Origin: a virus
Lineage: Duplodnaviria; Caudoviricetes
Direction: 5' to 3' (one strand)
DNA: 43,272 nt
Virus record (IMG/VR): IMGVR_UViG_3300010362_000039
Location: 1-43,272 of that record
Position 1 is the stretch's first letter, and every line of letters begins with the position of its first letter. A model generated the notes under the pieces. It did not search any database, had not been told where the DNA came from, and was given only the letters and a program-made list of their open reading frames with translations. Both the position numbers and the translations under genes were made by a program. Positions 26,045 to 35,881 of the stretch are shown piece after piece.

Positions 26045-28917
26045 TCAGCGCCAAATTTCAAGCGGACTTCACGTCGTTTGAAGAGGCCGTCAAAAAAGCC
26101 GACGTCACGCTGAAGACCCTCGTTTCCGATGCGGACAAGGTGCCCGCCTCGCTCGCGCGCATCGGCAACTCGCTGCAAGGGACGAAGCTGATTCAGGACG
26201 CGACGATGATGGCCGATGCCGTCCAGCGCATCGGCGGCGTGGCCGTGCTCACCGAAAAAGAACTCCAGCGCGTCGGCGCCCAGGCACAAGAAGCCGCAGA
26301 GAAGATGCAGAAACTCGGGATCGGTGTGCCCGAGAACCTCCAGCAGATCGCCGATGCCGCGAAGGCCGCGCAAAAACCAATGGCCGAGATGCAGACCAGC
26401 GGCCTCGACAAGTGGTTCGGGGATCTGTCGAAACAAGTGCTCGCGACCGCGACCGGGTTCATCTCGGCGCAAGGGGTCATCAACGCGGTCTCCGCCGCGT
26501 ACCGCACGCTCACCGGGTTCGTCGCCGATTCAGTCAAAGCCTACGCAACTGCCGAAGCCGCGCAGGTGAAACTCACCGCCGCGCTCAAGGCGCAGGGCGA
26601 CGCCACACCTGAAGTCATCGACCAGTACAACAAACTCGCCACGCAATTCGAAAAGACGACGGTGTTTTCCGACGACCTCATCACGAGCATGGAAGCGTTG
26701 CTCGTGCAAGTCGGGGACGTGATGCCGCAGGACATGGAGAAAGCCCTGAAGGCGTCCACCGATCTCGCCGCGGGACTCGGCATCGAACTCGAGCAAGCCA
26801 CGATGATCGTCGCCAAAGCCGCGGCCGGCCACACCGAAACGCTCGGCCGCTACGGCATCACCGTTGACAAGGCCGCGTATGCCACGAAGGGCTTCGACGC
26901 GGTGCTCGACTCCATCAATAAGCAATTCGGCGGGCAAGCGGTCGCGCAGATTGATACCTACGCCGGGAAGGTGCAGCAGATCGCGAATGCGTGGGACAAC
27001 GTCCAAGAGGCGGTCGGCAAGGCGATCGCGAACGATCCGATCCTTCAGGCCGGACTCCGCACGCTCAACGATACGCTCGGCGGTACGGCCGACAGCGCGG
27101 GGAAAGCAGACACGAACCTCGCCAGTCTCATCACGACCCTGGGCAATCTCGGACCAGCCTCGGGTGTCGTCCTCGGGTTTTTGGAGCTGTGGGCGAGGGA
27201 CGCCAACGATGCCGCGGCGGCAATGGAACGATTGAGGGCGGCCGGCCTCAAACCGGAACCGTCGCACCTCCCACAGATAGCACCCGTCGCGAGCCACCTC
27301 CCCGCCGGCACGCCCGATCCGGGCTTTGTCGAAGGACTGCGCCAGGGCTCCGACGCAATGGATGCCATCCACGAGGCGTTCAAAAAATTTAGAGACGAAC
27401 ACGTCGAGGCCGAACTCAAGAAGCAGGAAGAGGCGTGGAAGCAGTGGACGAAGGGCATCGAGGACGCAACGATCAAAATGCACCTCAGTACCTTCGCGCT
27501 GAACCGCTGGGCATCCACGCTCCCCGGGGTGACCTCGGGACTCCAAGCGGTCCGCGATCAATGGGAAGGCTGGGTCGAGCCCCTCGACGGTGTAGCGGTC
27601 GGGATCAAACTTACCGCGGATCAAATCGAAGGGCTCATGCGGGCCGGGCAATTTGCAACGGTTCGCATGGCCGAACTCAATGCCCAACTCCTGAAATTGC
27701 CGGACGTGCATTCCTCGCTCGAGGGCGCCGATGTAGCCCTCAAATCCGCGGCGTACGACACCACCGCGCTGCATAGCGCACTCGAGTCGGTGGACACCGT
27801 TCTCAGCGGCATCAACAGCGAGTGGGCACAGATGGCGACCGTCGCCGCCCGCACCGTCGATACCGTGATCGCGAAGTTCTCCTCGGGCGATTGGATTGGC
27901 GGTATTGCCGCGGGTGTGGCCGGCGGGATCGATTTGATCACGAAGATCGGTGCCCCGTCCGCGGCGGAGAAGGAAGGCCGACAAGTTGTCAAGACCTTCG
28001 AGGAGGGCTTCAAAAGTACCGCCGACATGATCAACAAAGTCGGCGCCGCCTACATCGCACTCGGCAAAACCGCCGAGGATGCCCAACGCGACATCAAAGC
28101 GATGTGGGATGCCGAGAAGCGCGGGGCGGACGCCACGAAAGCCGCCGTCGACAAAGTGCAGGAGGCGCTCGATCGGCAGAAGATGCTCGCGCAAGGCGCG
28201 GCGAAGTTTGGTCCCTCGAAAACGGAACTCGAGCAACTCGCGAAGGACGCGAAAGACGTCTACGACTACATGCTCGACCAGGGCACGTTTACGGCCGATC
28301 AACTCGCTGCCGCCTTCAAGGCCTCCCAGGAAGCCCAAGCCGAGGCGCTCGGCATCAACACCGCGGCGACGAAAAAACACCTGGACGAAATGCAGAAGGG
28401 GCTCGAGGACTTGATGCAGCGTCGAGATGCCCTCTGGACCCAGGTCTCGCAGGAGGCACCCGAGGAAGTGATGGGCGTGATCGAGACGGCGCAACGGGCA
28501 CAACTGGGGGTCCTCGATGATCAAATCGCCGCGCAAAAATCCGCGATCGAGAAGGAAGCCGCGGACGCGGCGGATGCCCTCGAGCGTGCCCTCGGCGGCA
28601 TCACACCCGACACGATCCATGTGCCCGTGGTGTTCGATTTCGCGAACGCCGGCGATTTCTCGTACCGCGGCGAAGCGCCGGAACCGTTCCCAATGGCACG
28701 CGGTGGCGATTTCCTCGTGACGAAGCCGACGCTCTTCATCGCGGGCGATGCCGGTCCGGAGCGCGCGACGTTCCAGCCGCTCGGTCGTTCCGCCGCCGCC
28801 CCTGGCGAATCGAGTGTGCTGAGTACGCGCCTCGCCTCGCTCGAGCGCACGCTCACCCGACTCCCCCGCACCATCAGTCGCGCGGTCACTGACGGCCTCG
28901 TGGGCATCACCGGCTAA
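26041..28917 (+). CDS. Tape measure protein
   Basis: 958 aa, Ala-rich and helical; C-terminal MARGG...PTLFIAGDAGPE. Confidence 0.9.
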   Translation: MISAKFQADFTSFEEAVKKADVTLKTLVSDADKVPASLARIGNSLQGTKLIQDATMMADAVQRIGGVAVLTEKELQRVGAQAQEAAEKMQKLGIGVPENLQQIADAAKAAQKPMAEMQTSGLDKWFGDLSKQVLATATGFISAQGVINAVSAAYRTLTGFVADSVKAYATAEAAQVKLTAALKAQGDATPEVIDQYNKLATQFEKTTVFSDDLITSMEALLVQVGDVMPQDMEKALKASTDLAAGLGIELEQATMIVAKAAAGHTETLGRYGITVDKAAYATKGFDAVLDSINKQFGGQAVAQIDTYAGKVQQIANAWDNVQEAVGKAIANDPILQAGLRTLNDTLGGTADSAGKADTNLASLITTLGNLGPASGVVLGFLELWARDANDAAAAMERLRAAGLKPEPSHLPQIAPVASHLPAGTPDPGFVEGLRQGSDAMDAIHEAFKKFRDEHVEAELKKQEEAWKQWTKGIEDATIKMHLSTFALNRWASTLPGVTSGLQAVRDQWEGWVEPLDGVAVGIKLTADQIEGLMRAGQFATVRMAELNAQLLKLPDVHSSLEGADVALKSAAYDTTALHSALESVDTVLSGINSEWAQMATVAARTVDTVIAKFSSGDWIGGIAAGVAGGIDLITKIGAPSAAEKEGRQVVKTFEEGFKSTADMINKVGAAYIALGKTAEDAQRDIKAMWDAEKRGADATKAAVDKVQEALDRQKMLAQGAAKFGPSKTELEQLAKDAKDVYDYMLDQGTFTADQLAAAFKASQEAQAEALGINTAATKKHLDEMQKGLEDLMQRRDALWTQVSQEAPEEVMGVIETAQRAQLGVLDDQIAAQKSAIEKEAADAADALERALGGITPDTIHVPVVFDFANAGDFSYRGEAPEPFPMARGGDFLVTKPTLFIAGDAGPERATFQPLGRSAAAPGESSVLSTRLASLERTLTRLPRTISRAVTDGLVGITG

Positions 28918-28924
28918 AACGCCC

Positions 28925-31900
28925 GTGGCAACGACGCGCACCCTCCTCGGTTCGAATGCGCTCAAGACAGGTCTGCCTGTCGCGACGACGTGGACGGCGC
29001 TCACCTCGATCACGCTGAGCGCCGGCGATACGTTGATCGTGTTGTCCGCGCTGAACAACGCGAACACGTTTGTCAAAGCGACGTGGAACGGGATCGATCT
29101 CGCCAACGACGCGATCAACAAAGCCAACGTCACGTCGTGTTGGATGAACGCGTGCTCGCTTTACATCACGTCGGGCGGCACGGGCAATCTCGTCCTCACG
29201 AACTCCGTCAATTGGAGCACCGTTGCGGCCGTCGGCGTCATCGCGATCAAGGTCACCGGCCTCGCATCCTCGGGGGCATTCGACCAGTGGGCACTGAACG
29301 GCGCAGCAGGCACGGCAACGCCGGTCACCGGCACCACGGGCACGCTCGCGCAAGCCGACGAATTTCTCGTCTCGATCCTGGGGTTCCTCGGGCCGAATAC
29401 CGATGCGGCGGGCACTTGGGGCGGCGATACGCCGAACGCGGGCGCGCGGGTCGGCACGAGCGGCGGTGGCGCGGCCTCGAACATCGTGCTCGACGAGGGA
29501 TACCTGCTCGACTCGTCCTCGACCACGGCGAAGCAAGGCAGTAAGAGCGGGGTCGGTGGCACTCGTGGGTATTGCGGGCTGATCGTCACCTACAAGACGG
29601 GCGCGACCTCGTTCACCGGAACCGGCGACGTGTCGTTCGGTGTGGCCGGTCTCGCGGGCACTGGCACCGTGCCGATCACCGGGACGGGCGCGGTGGCGTT
29701 CGGCGTGGCCGGTCTGAGCGGGACGGGCGCAGAGACGTTCACGAATGTCGGCACGGCGAACGTCACGTTCAAAGGCCCGCTGCTCTCGGGCGTCGGCACA
29801 TGGGGCGTGGATGGCACGGGCGGCGTGGTGTTTCGCGGGCCGGCGCTCGCCGCGACCGGCGCGCAAACATTCACCGCCGCGTCGGGCAACGTCACCTTCC
29901 GCTTCGCCCTGGCGGGCACCGGAACAGTCGCCCTGCCACCGATCACGGGGACGGGCGCGATCACGTTCGGTGTGGTCGGCCTCGCAGGTGTAGGCACAAC
30001 GGGCGGCGCCACGGGAACCGGCGGCGTCTCGTTCGCCGTCGCCGGCCTGGCGGGCACCGGCACGATCCTCGTCGCGATCACGGGCACGGGTGACGTTACG
30101 TTCCGCGTCGCCGGGCTCGCCGGCACCGGATCGATTCCGCTCCCGCCGCAGGGCATCTTCCTCGAGATGGAGTTCGCCGGCCGCGGCAATGGCTGGACCG
30201 AAGTCAAAGACTGGCGGCGCGCGGATGGCTTGCGCTGGGATCGAGGCCTCCCGGGGAACGGGGTCGCGGACTGCATCGCCGACACGGGCACGCTCAACTT
30301 CGTCCTCAATAACGCCGCCACGAATAGCGCACACCTCATCGGCTATTACAGTCCCGATCATGTGAACTGCCGCGCGGGCTTCCAATTGATGATGGGCGTC
30401 CGGGTGCGGATCGTCGTTCAGCAGAACGAATACATTCGCTTCACGGGCTATCTCGATTACATCGCGCCGCAACCCGGGATGCACCAGAGTTTCTCCGTCG
30501 ATTGCGAGGCGATCGGATGGATGGGGCTCGCGGCACGCACACGCCTCGGCGATCTGCCGATTCTGCTTGATGCAACCGGCGATGAGGTGTTCCAAACCGT
30601 TGTCGATTCACTCCCGACGTTCTCCCAGCCGCGCGCCATCGAGAAGGACGTGAGCGCCGATGTCTATCCGTACATCCTCGACCGCATCCGCGACGAAGAA
30701 ACACACGCGAACGATGAACTCTATCGGCTCGCCTTGAGTGGACTCGATCGGATTTGGGAGCGCGGCGACGGCACGCTCGTCTATGAAAGCCGAACCCGCC
30801 GGGCCACGCGCACGGCGAATAGCGACAGCTTCCCCGACACCCACGGGTTCAGCGCCCCGCGCACGGCGGACACGGTGGCGAACTCCACGCAAACGACGGT
30901 GCATCCGCGCTTGCCGAGTCCCGTCACCGACGCCGTGCTCTTCAGTCTGAACCAACCGATGCAACTCGCCGTCGGCCAGCCGGTGGACATCCTCGGGCCG
31001 TGGACGGACGTGAACAACCCGAACGTCCGTGTCGGCGCCGTGGGCCTCGTCTCACTCGTGGCCGGTACCGACTACATCGCCAACAGCCAGCAGGACGGGA
31101 GCGGCAGCAACTTGACGCCGTACCTCACGGTGACGGTCGGCCTCTCGGGGAACGCGACGGCGTTTACCGTCACGCTCGGCGGATCAAGCGCGGGCTATCT
31201 CACGAAACTCCAACAGCGCGGCCAGGCACTCCTCGACTACGGCGACGTCCAATCGTTGCAAACCGATCAAGCGAGCATCGACCAGTACGGCCTCAATCCG
31301 CTCAACGTCGATCTCCCCTATCAGGCCGATCCGAATTTCGGGATCGAGGTGGCGCAATACGTCATCTTCACGCGCGGGCAACCGGTGACGCTCGTCGAGG
31401 CGTTCCGCCGCGTGATCGGGATGACGAACTCTCCCGAACTCGCGCGCAGTCTCGGGCGAGAAATCAGTGACCGGATCGGCATCACCGAGCCCGTGACCGG
31501 CGTGCAGCGATCGTTCTTCATCGATCGCATCACGGAAACGGTCTACGCAACCCACGTCGAGACGGAGTGGTCCTTGTCGTTGCCGATTGATGGCCGGCAA
31601 TTCTGGCAACTCGAGGTGGTCGGGCGTGGCGAACTCGACATCAACACGCGTCTCGGGTTCGGCTTGATCGTCGGGCACACCGACGTGCTCCACTCCGACG
31701 AGCACGGCGACAGCGAGCACGGGGACGTCGCCCACTCCGATACGCATACCGACAACCCCGCGCTCAATCAATTGCACGGCGATGGCAGCAGTCACGGCGA
31801 CTCGGCCCATGCCGACGCCGCCCACAGCGACCGTGCTCACAGCGATGTGGCGCACCAGGATTTTCACCTCGATGATCGGTTTCAAGATCACACCGACAAC

Positions 31901-32266
31901 ACTCACAGCGACTCGGCGCACATCGACACCCATTTCGATTACCACGGGGATTTTGTCGATGAGGCACATGGCGTCTCGTTTGGCGATCACGGCGACACTC
32001 ACACCGACCAGGCGCACGGCGATGCCCACGGCGATAGCCCGCACATTGATGAAGCGCATGAAGACGGGCACGACGACATCGGCCATACCGACGTGTCCCA
32101 CGGGGACACCGCGCACGTCGACGTCGCGCACAACGATGCCTCGAGCCATTCGGACGTTCAGCACGCCGATCAACTCCACGGCGACGTGCCGCACGTCGAT
32201 GTGATCCACAGCGATGCCCCGCACAGTGATAGTCACGGGGACACCGCCCACGGAGACGCGAATTGA
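28925..32266 (+). CDS. Large tail/baseplate protein with Gly/Thr repeats and a C-terminal His-x-Asp repeat region
   Basis: Follows the tape measure; tail-hub-like middle (WTEV...RG...GTLNFVLNN...YSP); HxD-repeat C-terminus. Confidence 0.8.
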   Translation: MATTRTLLGSNALKTGLPVATTWTALTSITLSAGDTLIVLSALNNANTFVKATWNGIDLANDAINKANVTSCWMNACSLYITSGGTGNLVLTNSVNWSTVAAVGVIAIKVTGLASSGAFDQWALNGAAGTATPVTGTTGTLAQADEFLVSILGFLGPNTDAAGTWGGDTPNAGARVGTSGGGAASNIVLDEGYLLDSSSTTAKQGSKSGVGGTRGYCGLIVTYKTGATSFTGTGDVSFGVAGLAGTGTVPITGTGAVAFGVAGLSGTGAETFTNVGTANVTFKGPLLSGVGTWGVDGTGGVVFRGPALAATGAQTFTAASGNVTFRFALAGTGTVALPPITGTGAITFGVVGLAGVGTTGGATGTGGVSFAVAGLAGTGTILVAITGTGDVTFRVAGLAGTGSIPLPPQGIFLEMEFAGRGNGWTEVKDWRRADGLRWDRGLPGNGVADCIADTGTLNFVLNNAATNSAHLIGYYSPDHVNCRAGFQLMMGVRVRIVVQQNEYIRFTGYLDYIAPQPGMHQSFSVDCEAIGWMGLAARTRLGDLPILLDATGDEVFQTVVDSLPTFSQPRAIEKDVSADVYPYILDRIRDEETHANDELYRLALSGLDRIWERGDGTLVYESRTRRATRTANSDSFPDTHGFSAPRTADTVANSTQTTVHPRLPSPVTDAVLFSLNQPMQLAVGQPVDILGPWTDVNNPNVRVGAVGLVSLVAGTDYIANSQQDGSGSNLTPYLTVTVGLSGNATAFTVTLGGSSAGYLTKLQQRGQALLDYGDVQSLQTDQASIDQYGLNPLNVDLPYQADPNFGIEVAQYVIFTRGQPVTLVEAFRRVIGMTNSPELARSLGREISDRIGITEPVTGVQRSFFIDRITETVYATHVETEWSLSLPIDGRQFWQLEVVGRGELDINTRLGFGLIVGHTDVLHSDEHGDSEHGDVAHSDTHTDNPALNQLHGDGSSHGDSAHADAAHSDRAHSDVAHQDFHLDDRFQDHTDNTHSDSAHIDTHFDYHGDFVDEAHGVSFGDHGDTHTDQAHGDAHGDSPHIDEAHEDGHDDIGHTDVSHGDTAHVDVAHNDASSHSDVQHADQLHGDVPHVDVIHSDAPHSDSHGDTAHGDAN
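29615..30133 (+). repeat. About 8 degenerate protein repeats of TGTGxVxFxxxGLAGTG
   Basis: Visible in the translation of 28925-32266. Confidence 0.7.
31676..32266 (+). repeat. 37 His-x-Asp tripeptide motifs
   Basis: HTD, HSD, HGD, HAD, HID, HVD etc., mostly every 4-6 residues; 37 of 38 His are followed by Asp at +2. Confidence 0.9.
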
Positions 32267-33570
32267 GCATCGAACTCAATCCTGTCGGCGTGAAGTGCAA
32301 TCTCCAGTGTGCGTACTGCTACGAAGATCCGATGCGCGCCGCGGGTAACTACGCCGCCGGCTACGACCTCGAGGCGATGAAGCGCGGCCTCACCGCCGAG
32401 GGACACCCGTTCTCGCTCTTCGGCGGAGAGCCGCTCCTCCTGCCCCTGGCGGACCTCGAGGCGATCTTCCGCTGGGGCTTCGAGACGTATGGCAGCAACA
32501 ACGTCCAGACGAACGGGAATCTCATCACCGAGGCACACCTCGCGCTCTTCACCCGCTACCGGGTCGGGGTCGGGATTTCGATCGATGGTCCTGGCGATCT
32601 CAACGACGTGCGGAGCGCGGGCTCGCTCGAGAAAACGCGGGCGCTCACGGCGCGTACCGAGTGGGCGATCGAGGAACTCTGCGAGCGCCGGCACCCGCCA
32701 AGTCTCATCGTCACGCTCCACCGCGGCAACGCCGTCGGCCGCCGCCTGCATCGCTTGAAGGCCTGGCTCACGCACCTCCACACCCGCGGGGTTCGCTTCG
32801 TCCGTCTCCATCTCCTCGAAGTGGAATCACCCGAAGTCCGCCACCAGTGGGCACTCACCGAAAACGAGAACGTTGCCGCGATGCTCGATCTCGCGCACTT
32901 CGGGCACCTCCATCCGGATCTGCATCTCGACGTGTTCCACGATCTCGAGCAACTGCTCCGCGGTCAGGACAGCACGGGCGGCGGCGTGACGTGTGTGTGG
33001 AATGCCTGCGATCCGTACACCACGCGCGCCGTCCGCGGGATCAACGGCCTCGGCGAGAACATCAATTGCGGACGGACGAACAAGGACGGCGTCGATTGGC
33101 AGAAGGCGCAGACGGAAGGCTTCGAGCGGCAACTCGTGCTCTACGACACCCCGCAAACCGAACGCGGGTGCCGTGGGTGCCGGTTCTTCGTGGCGTGCAA
33201 GGGGCAATGCCCTGGCACGGCGATCGATGGGGACTGGCGCAACCGCACCGAACATTGCGGCGTATGGATGCGCCTCTTCGATCGGACGGAGCGCGATCTC
33301 CTCGCCGCCGGCGTCGTGCCGATCACGCGGTCGCCGGAACTCCCGGCGATCGAAGCGGTCATGCTCAACGCCTGGCGCGAGGGGCGGAACCTCTCCATCG
33401 AGCAGGCGATCGGCGTGCTCCACGGGCACCCGGTCCACCAGGGCGACCAACAGCATGGCGACCATTGGGACGCGCCCGACGGCTATCAGCACACCGATGC
33501 CGGCCTCGAGGTGCACGGCGATACGGGCACGACGGTCATGCACGGAGACACGCCACATGCCGACACGTAG
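32263..33570 (+). CDS. Radical SAM/SPASM protein (peptide-maturase-like)
   Basis: CNLQCAYC, FGGEPLL, QTNG, GISIDG, Cys-rich CRGCRFFVACKGQCP...C; TTG start overlaps the upstream TGA. Confidence 0.88.
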   Translation: MSIELNPVGVKCNLQCAYCYEDPMRAAGNYAAGYDLEAMKRGLTAEGHPFSLFGGEPLLLPLADLEAIFRWGFETYGSNNVQTNGNLITEAHLALFTRYRVGVGISIDGPGDLNDVRSAGSLEKTRALTARTEWAIEELCERRHPPSLIVTLHRGNAVGRRLHRLKAWLTHLHTRGVRFVRLHLLEVESPEVRHQWALTENENVAAMLDLAHFGHLHPDLHLDVFHDLEQLLRGQDSTGGGVTCVWNACDPYTTRAVRGINGLGENINCGRTNKDGVDWQKAQTEGFERQLVLYDTPQTERGCRGCRFFVACKGQCPGTAIDGDWRNRTEHCGVWMRLFDRTERDLLAAGVVPITRSPELPAIEAVMLNAWREGRNLSIEQAIGVLHGHPVHQGDQQHGDHWDAPDGYQHTDAGLEVHGDTGTTVMHGDTPHADT

Positions 33571-34675
33571 CGCCGAGTTCACCCGGCGAATGTGGGCCTC
33601 GGGCGCCGCGCGCCAGGCATGGGACCCGCGCATCCACCAGGCGGCCGAGGCGTGGCTCCGTCTCGAAGTGGAAACCGTGGTCACGGGCTTTCGGTCCGCC
33701 GGGCTGATCTTCGGGACCCGACACGTGCAGGGCACGCGCCTGGCGCTGGTCGACGTGGCGCCCGATCGCTTCGCCATCGGTCCTCGCGCCGCGGATCTCG
33801 CCGAGGCCTACCGCTGCGGGGACGATGAAACGATCGGCGCGTTGCTCGGATTCCCCTCGTGTTGTCGGGAGTTCTACGCGGCGACCTGGGCGCAAGGAAC
33901 CGGCGATACAACGTGGCAGATGGCGCGCGAGGGGACCGATGGGCCACTTGAGTGCAACATTCTCGGGCGCTGGCTCGGCCTCCGGTGGGTCATGCATCTG
34001 CCGTGCTCCTTCACCTGTCCGCAGAGCGCCGCGCTCGGCGCCGCACATCGCGGCCTCCTTCGCGCGATCGATCGCTCCGCCGTGGAGGTGATCGATGAGG
34101 TGTTGACGTGGCCGATCGAATGGTCCGCTCTCCACGGTGCCGCGGAGATCCGGTATCCGGTCGTGAAGGTGGTCACGCGCACCGGCTACACGACTGACAA
34201 ACGCATCGTGCAACGACGGGGCACGAGTTATCCGCCTGAAGGCGCGCGGGGACTGGCGTTCCCCTATTCCGCCGCGGAGATGCGCACGCCGCAGGAGAAC
34301 GGGTTCCCCTCGAGCACCACGCAGGATGCCGGCCACGCGATGATCCTCGACGCGCTCCGCCGCTCGCCCCCGCACGGCGCCGTGCTCGACCTCGGTGCCG
34401 GTAACGGCCTCCTGATGGAACGGATCGCCTCGACGTTTCTCCGTCCGGTCTACGGCATCGAAGTCGACGCGCGGAAGGCGGCGAAGCATCCCGGGATTCG
34501 CTGCGGCGATGTACGCGCCCTGGAGACGCTCGTTAATCGTGTGGACACGATCGTGGTGTCGCAGCGTCGGTTCGAAGAGATCCCGGACCTCCGCGCCACC
34601 GTCGATCGCCTCGCCCGCCAAGTGCTCGTCTACTCGTACGACGATCCGCGGTTCGCCCGTGTGGAGGCGTGCTGA
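33557..34675 (+). CDS. DUF483-like Cys-rich domain fused to a class I methyltransferase domain
   Basis: GALLGFPSCCREF and HLPCSFTC; C-terminal VLDLGAGNG...YGIEVD; ATG 33557 with GGAGA upstream. Confidence 0.65.
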   Translation: MPTRSAEFTRRMWASGAARQAWDPRIHQAAEAWLRLEVETVVTGFRSAGLIFGTRHVQGTRLALVDVAPDRFAIGPRAADLAEAYRCGDDETIGALLGFPSCCREFYAATWAQGTGDTTWQMAREGTDGPLECNILGRWLGLRWVMHLPCSFTCPQSAALGAAHRGLLRAIDRSAVEVIDEVLTWPIEWSALHGAAEIRYPVVKVVTRTGYTTDKRIVQRRGTSYPPEGARGLAFPYSAAEMRTPQENGFPSSTTQDAGHAMILDALRRSPPHGAVLDLGAGNGLLMERIASTFLRPVYGIEVDARKAAKHPGIRCGDVRALETLVNRVDTIVVSQRRFEEIPDLRATVDRLARQVLVYSYDDPRFARVEAC

Positions 34676-35064
34676 TGTTCATCACGCTCAACGGGCCGGA
34701 ACAATTGCAGTTTGAGACTGGTCGACGCGTGCAGAACACCGCCGACTATCTCGAGTGGCACGCGCGGAATCTCAATCCGACGGCGCGCGGGGAACAGTTC
34801 CATAGTCCGATGCCGGTGGTCGTCGAGCACGGGCGATGGCTGGTGCACTGCGTCTGTGGCTGTGGCGTGCTCACACGTCCGGAGATGCCGATCGCCTGCT
34901 GTATCTGGTGCGGCAACATTTACGACCGGGTGATGTTCCCGACAAATTGGCGCACCATCGAACGTGTGTTGTTACGCCGCCCCATGCGCGAGCAGCAAAA
35001 CTGGATCGGCGAAACGGTGGATGCACTCCTCGCGGAAAACGAGGAGCACTTAGGGGTGATGTGA
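34669..35064 (+). CDS. Hypothetical zinc-binding protein
   Basis: GRWLVHCVCGCG...CCIWCG...NW.GETV..L.AEN. Confidence 0.6.
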   Translation: MLMFITLNGPEQLQFETGRRVQNTADYLEWHARNLNPTARGEQFHSPMPVVVEHGRWLVHCVCGCGVLTRPEMPIACCIWCGNIYDRVMFPTNWRTIERVLLRRPMREQQNWIGETVDALLAENEEHLGVM

Positions 35065-35576
35065 TGGCGTGGACAGTTCCTCGCACCTGGGTCCCGGGTG
35101 AGCTCGTGACCGCCTCGATGATGAACACGCAGATCCGGGACAATCTGACGTACCTGTTCTCGGCGCGCGGGTCGTGCATGTTGTACGCGAGTTCGCTGCT
35201 CTTCGCGCCAGTCGATTCCACGACCTACTATGCCGGCCATCCGCAAACGTCGTCGGTGCAAACCGCCGCCGATCTCTCGCGGGTCTACGTCCCGGCCACC
35301 GGCACGATCAACGCCGCCTATCTCTCGATTGTGGTCGAGGGCACGATCGGATCGACGGAAACCTCGTCGGCCTGGATTCGCAAGAACAACACGAGCGACA
35401 CGCTCATCTCGAGCAGCGTCCAGGCGAATCAAGCGGCGCAGTACTACAGCCTGGTCCCGAATCTCTCAGTCACCGCGGGCGATTCCCTCCAATTGAAGTG
35501 GACGACGCCCGCCTGGGCAACCAATCCGACGAACGTACGGATGGCCTTGCAGTTGGCGCTCCAAGCGAGCGGCTAA
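35064..35576 (+). CDS. Tail fibre / minor tail protein
   Basis: N-terminus AWTVPRTWVPGELVTASMMNTQIRDNL is typical of siphovirus minor tail proteins. Confidence 0.7.
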   Translation: MAWTVPRTWVPGELVTASMMNTQIRDNLTYLFSARGSCMLYASSLLFAPVDSTTYYAGHPQTSSVQTAADLSRVYVPATGTINAAYLSIVVEGTIGSTETSSAWIRKNNTSDTLISSSVQANQAAQYYSLVPNLSVTAGDSLQLKWTTPAWATNPTNVRMALQLALQASG

Positions 35577-35590
35577 CACGGAGGAGTTCC

Positions 35591-35725
35591 ATGACACCGC
35601 CCTATGTCGCGCTCGTGCTGAAGATCATCGCGATCCTCTTGTTCCTGACGGCCGCGTTCGGACCGCCGCTCGCCGGGGCACCGGTTCCACTCGGGCTCGC
35701 GTGCTGGTGTGCGAGCACGATCTGA
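35591..35725 (+). CDS. Small membrane protein (holin candidate)
   Basis: GGAGGAG RBS; two hydrophobic stretches; end of the late operon. Confidence 0.45.
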   Translation: MTPPYVALVLKIIAILLFLTAAFGPPLAGAPVPLGLACWCASTI

Positions 35726-35749
35726 GCGTGACCTAATCTGTCACGCCTC

Positions 35750-35806
35750 CAGTTTCGACCGCTGACAGTTTTCGACCGCTAACAGTTTTCTCGTTCTGCA
35801 GTTTCG
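35750..35806. repeat. Four CAGTTT(T)C boxes at 16-17 bp spacing
   Basis: At 35750, 35766, 35783 and 35799; the first two share CGACCGCT. Confidence 0.55.
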
Positions 35807-35881
35807 GGCCTCTGCCAATGGCCGACGGACGCCCGCGCGCTCGATGCGCGCCCGTTCGTCAACCACTGCCCCGGAGGTCCT

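Noticed and set aside
26530-29133. Long antisense ORFs (867 aa here; also 551-1909, 13673-15367, 15697-17322, 28907-30595, 37708-39150)
   Set aside because: Shadow ORFs of real genes in GC-rich DNA with no recognisable motifs
32993-33556. N-terminal 188 aa of the 560-aa ORF
   Set aside because: Overlaps the rSAM gene out of frame; the likely start is ATG 33557, which has an RBS
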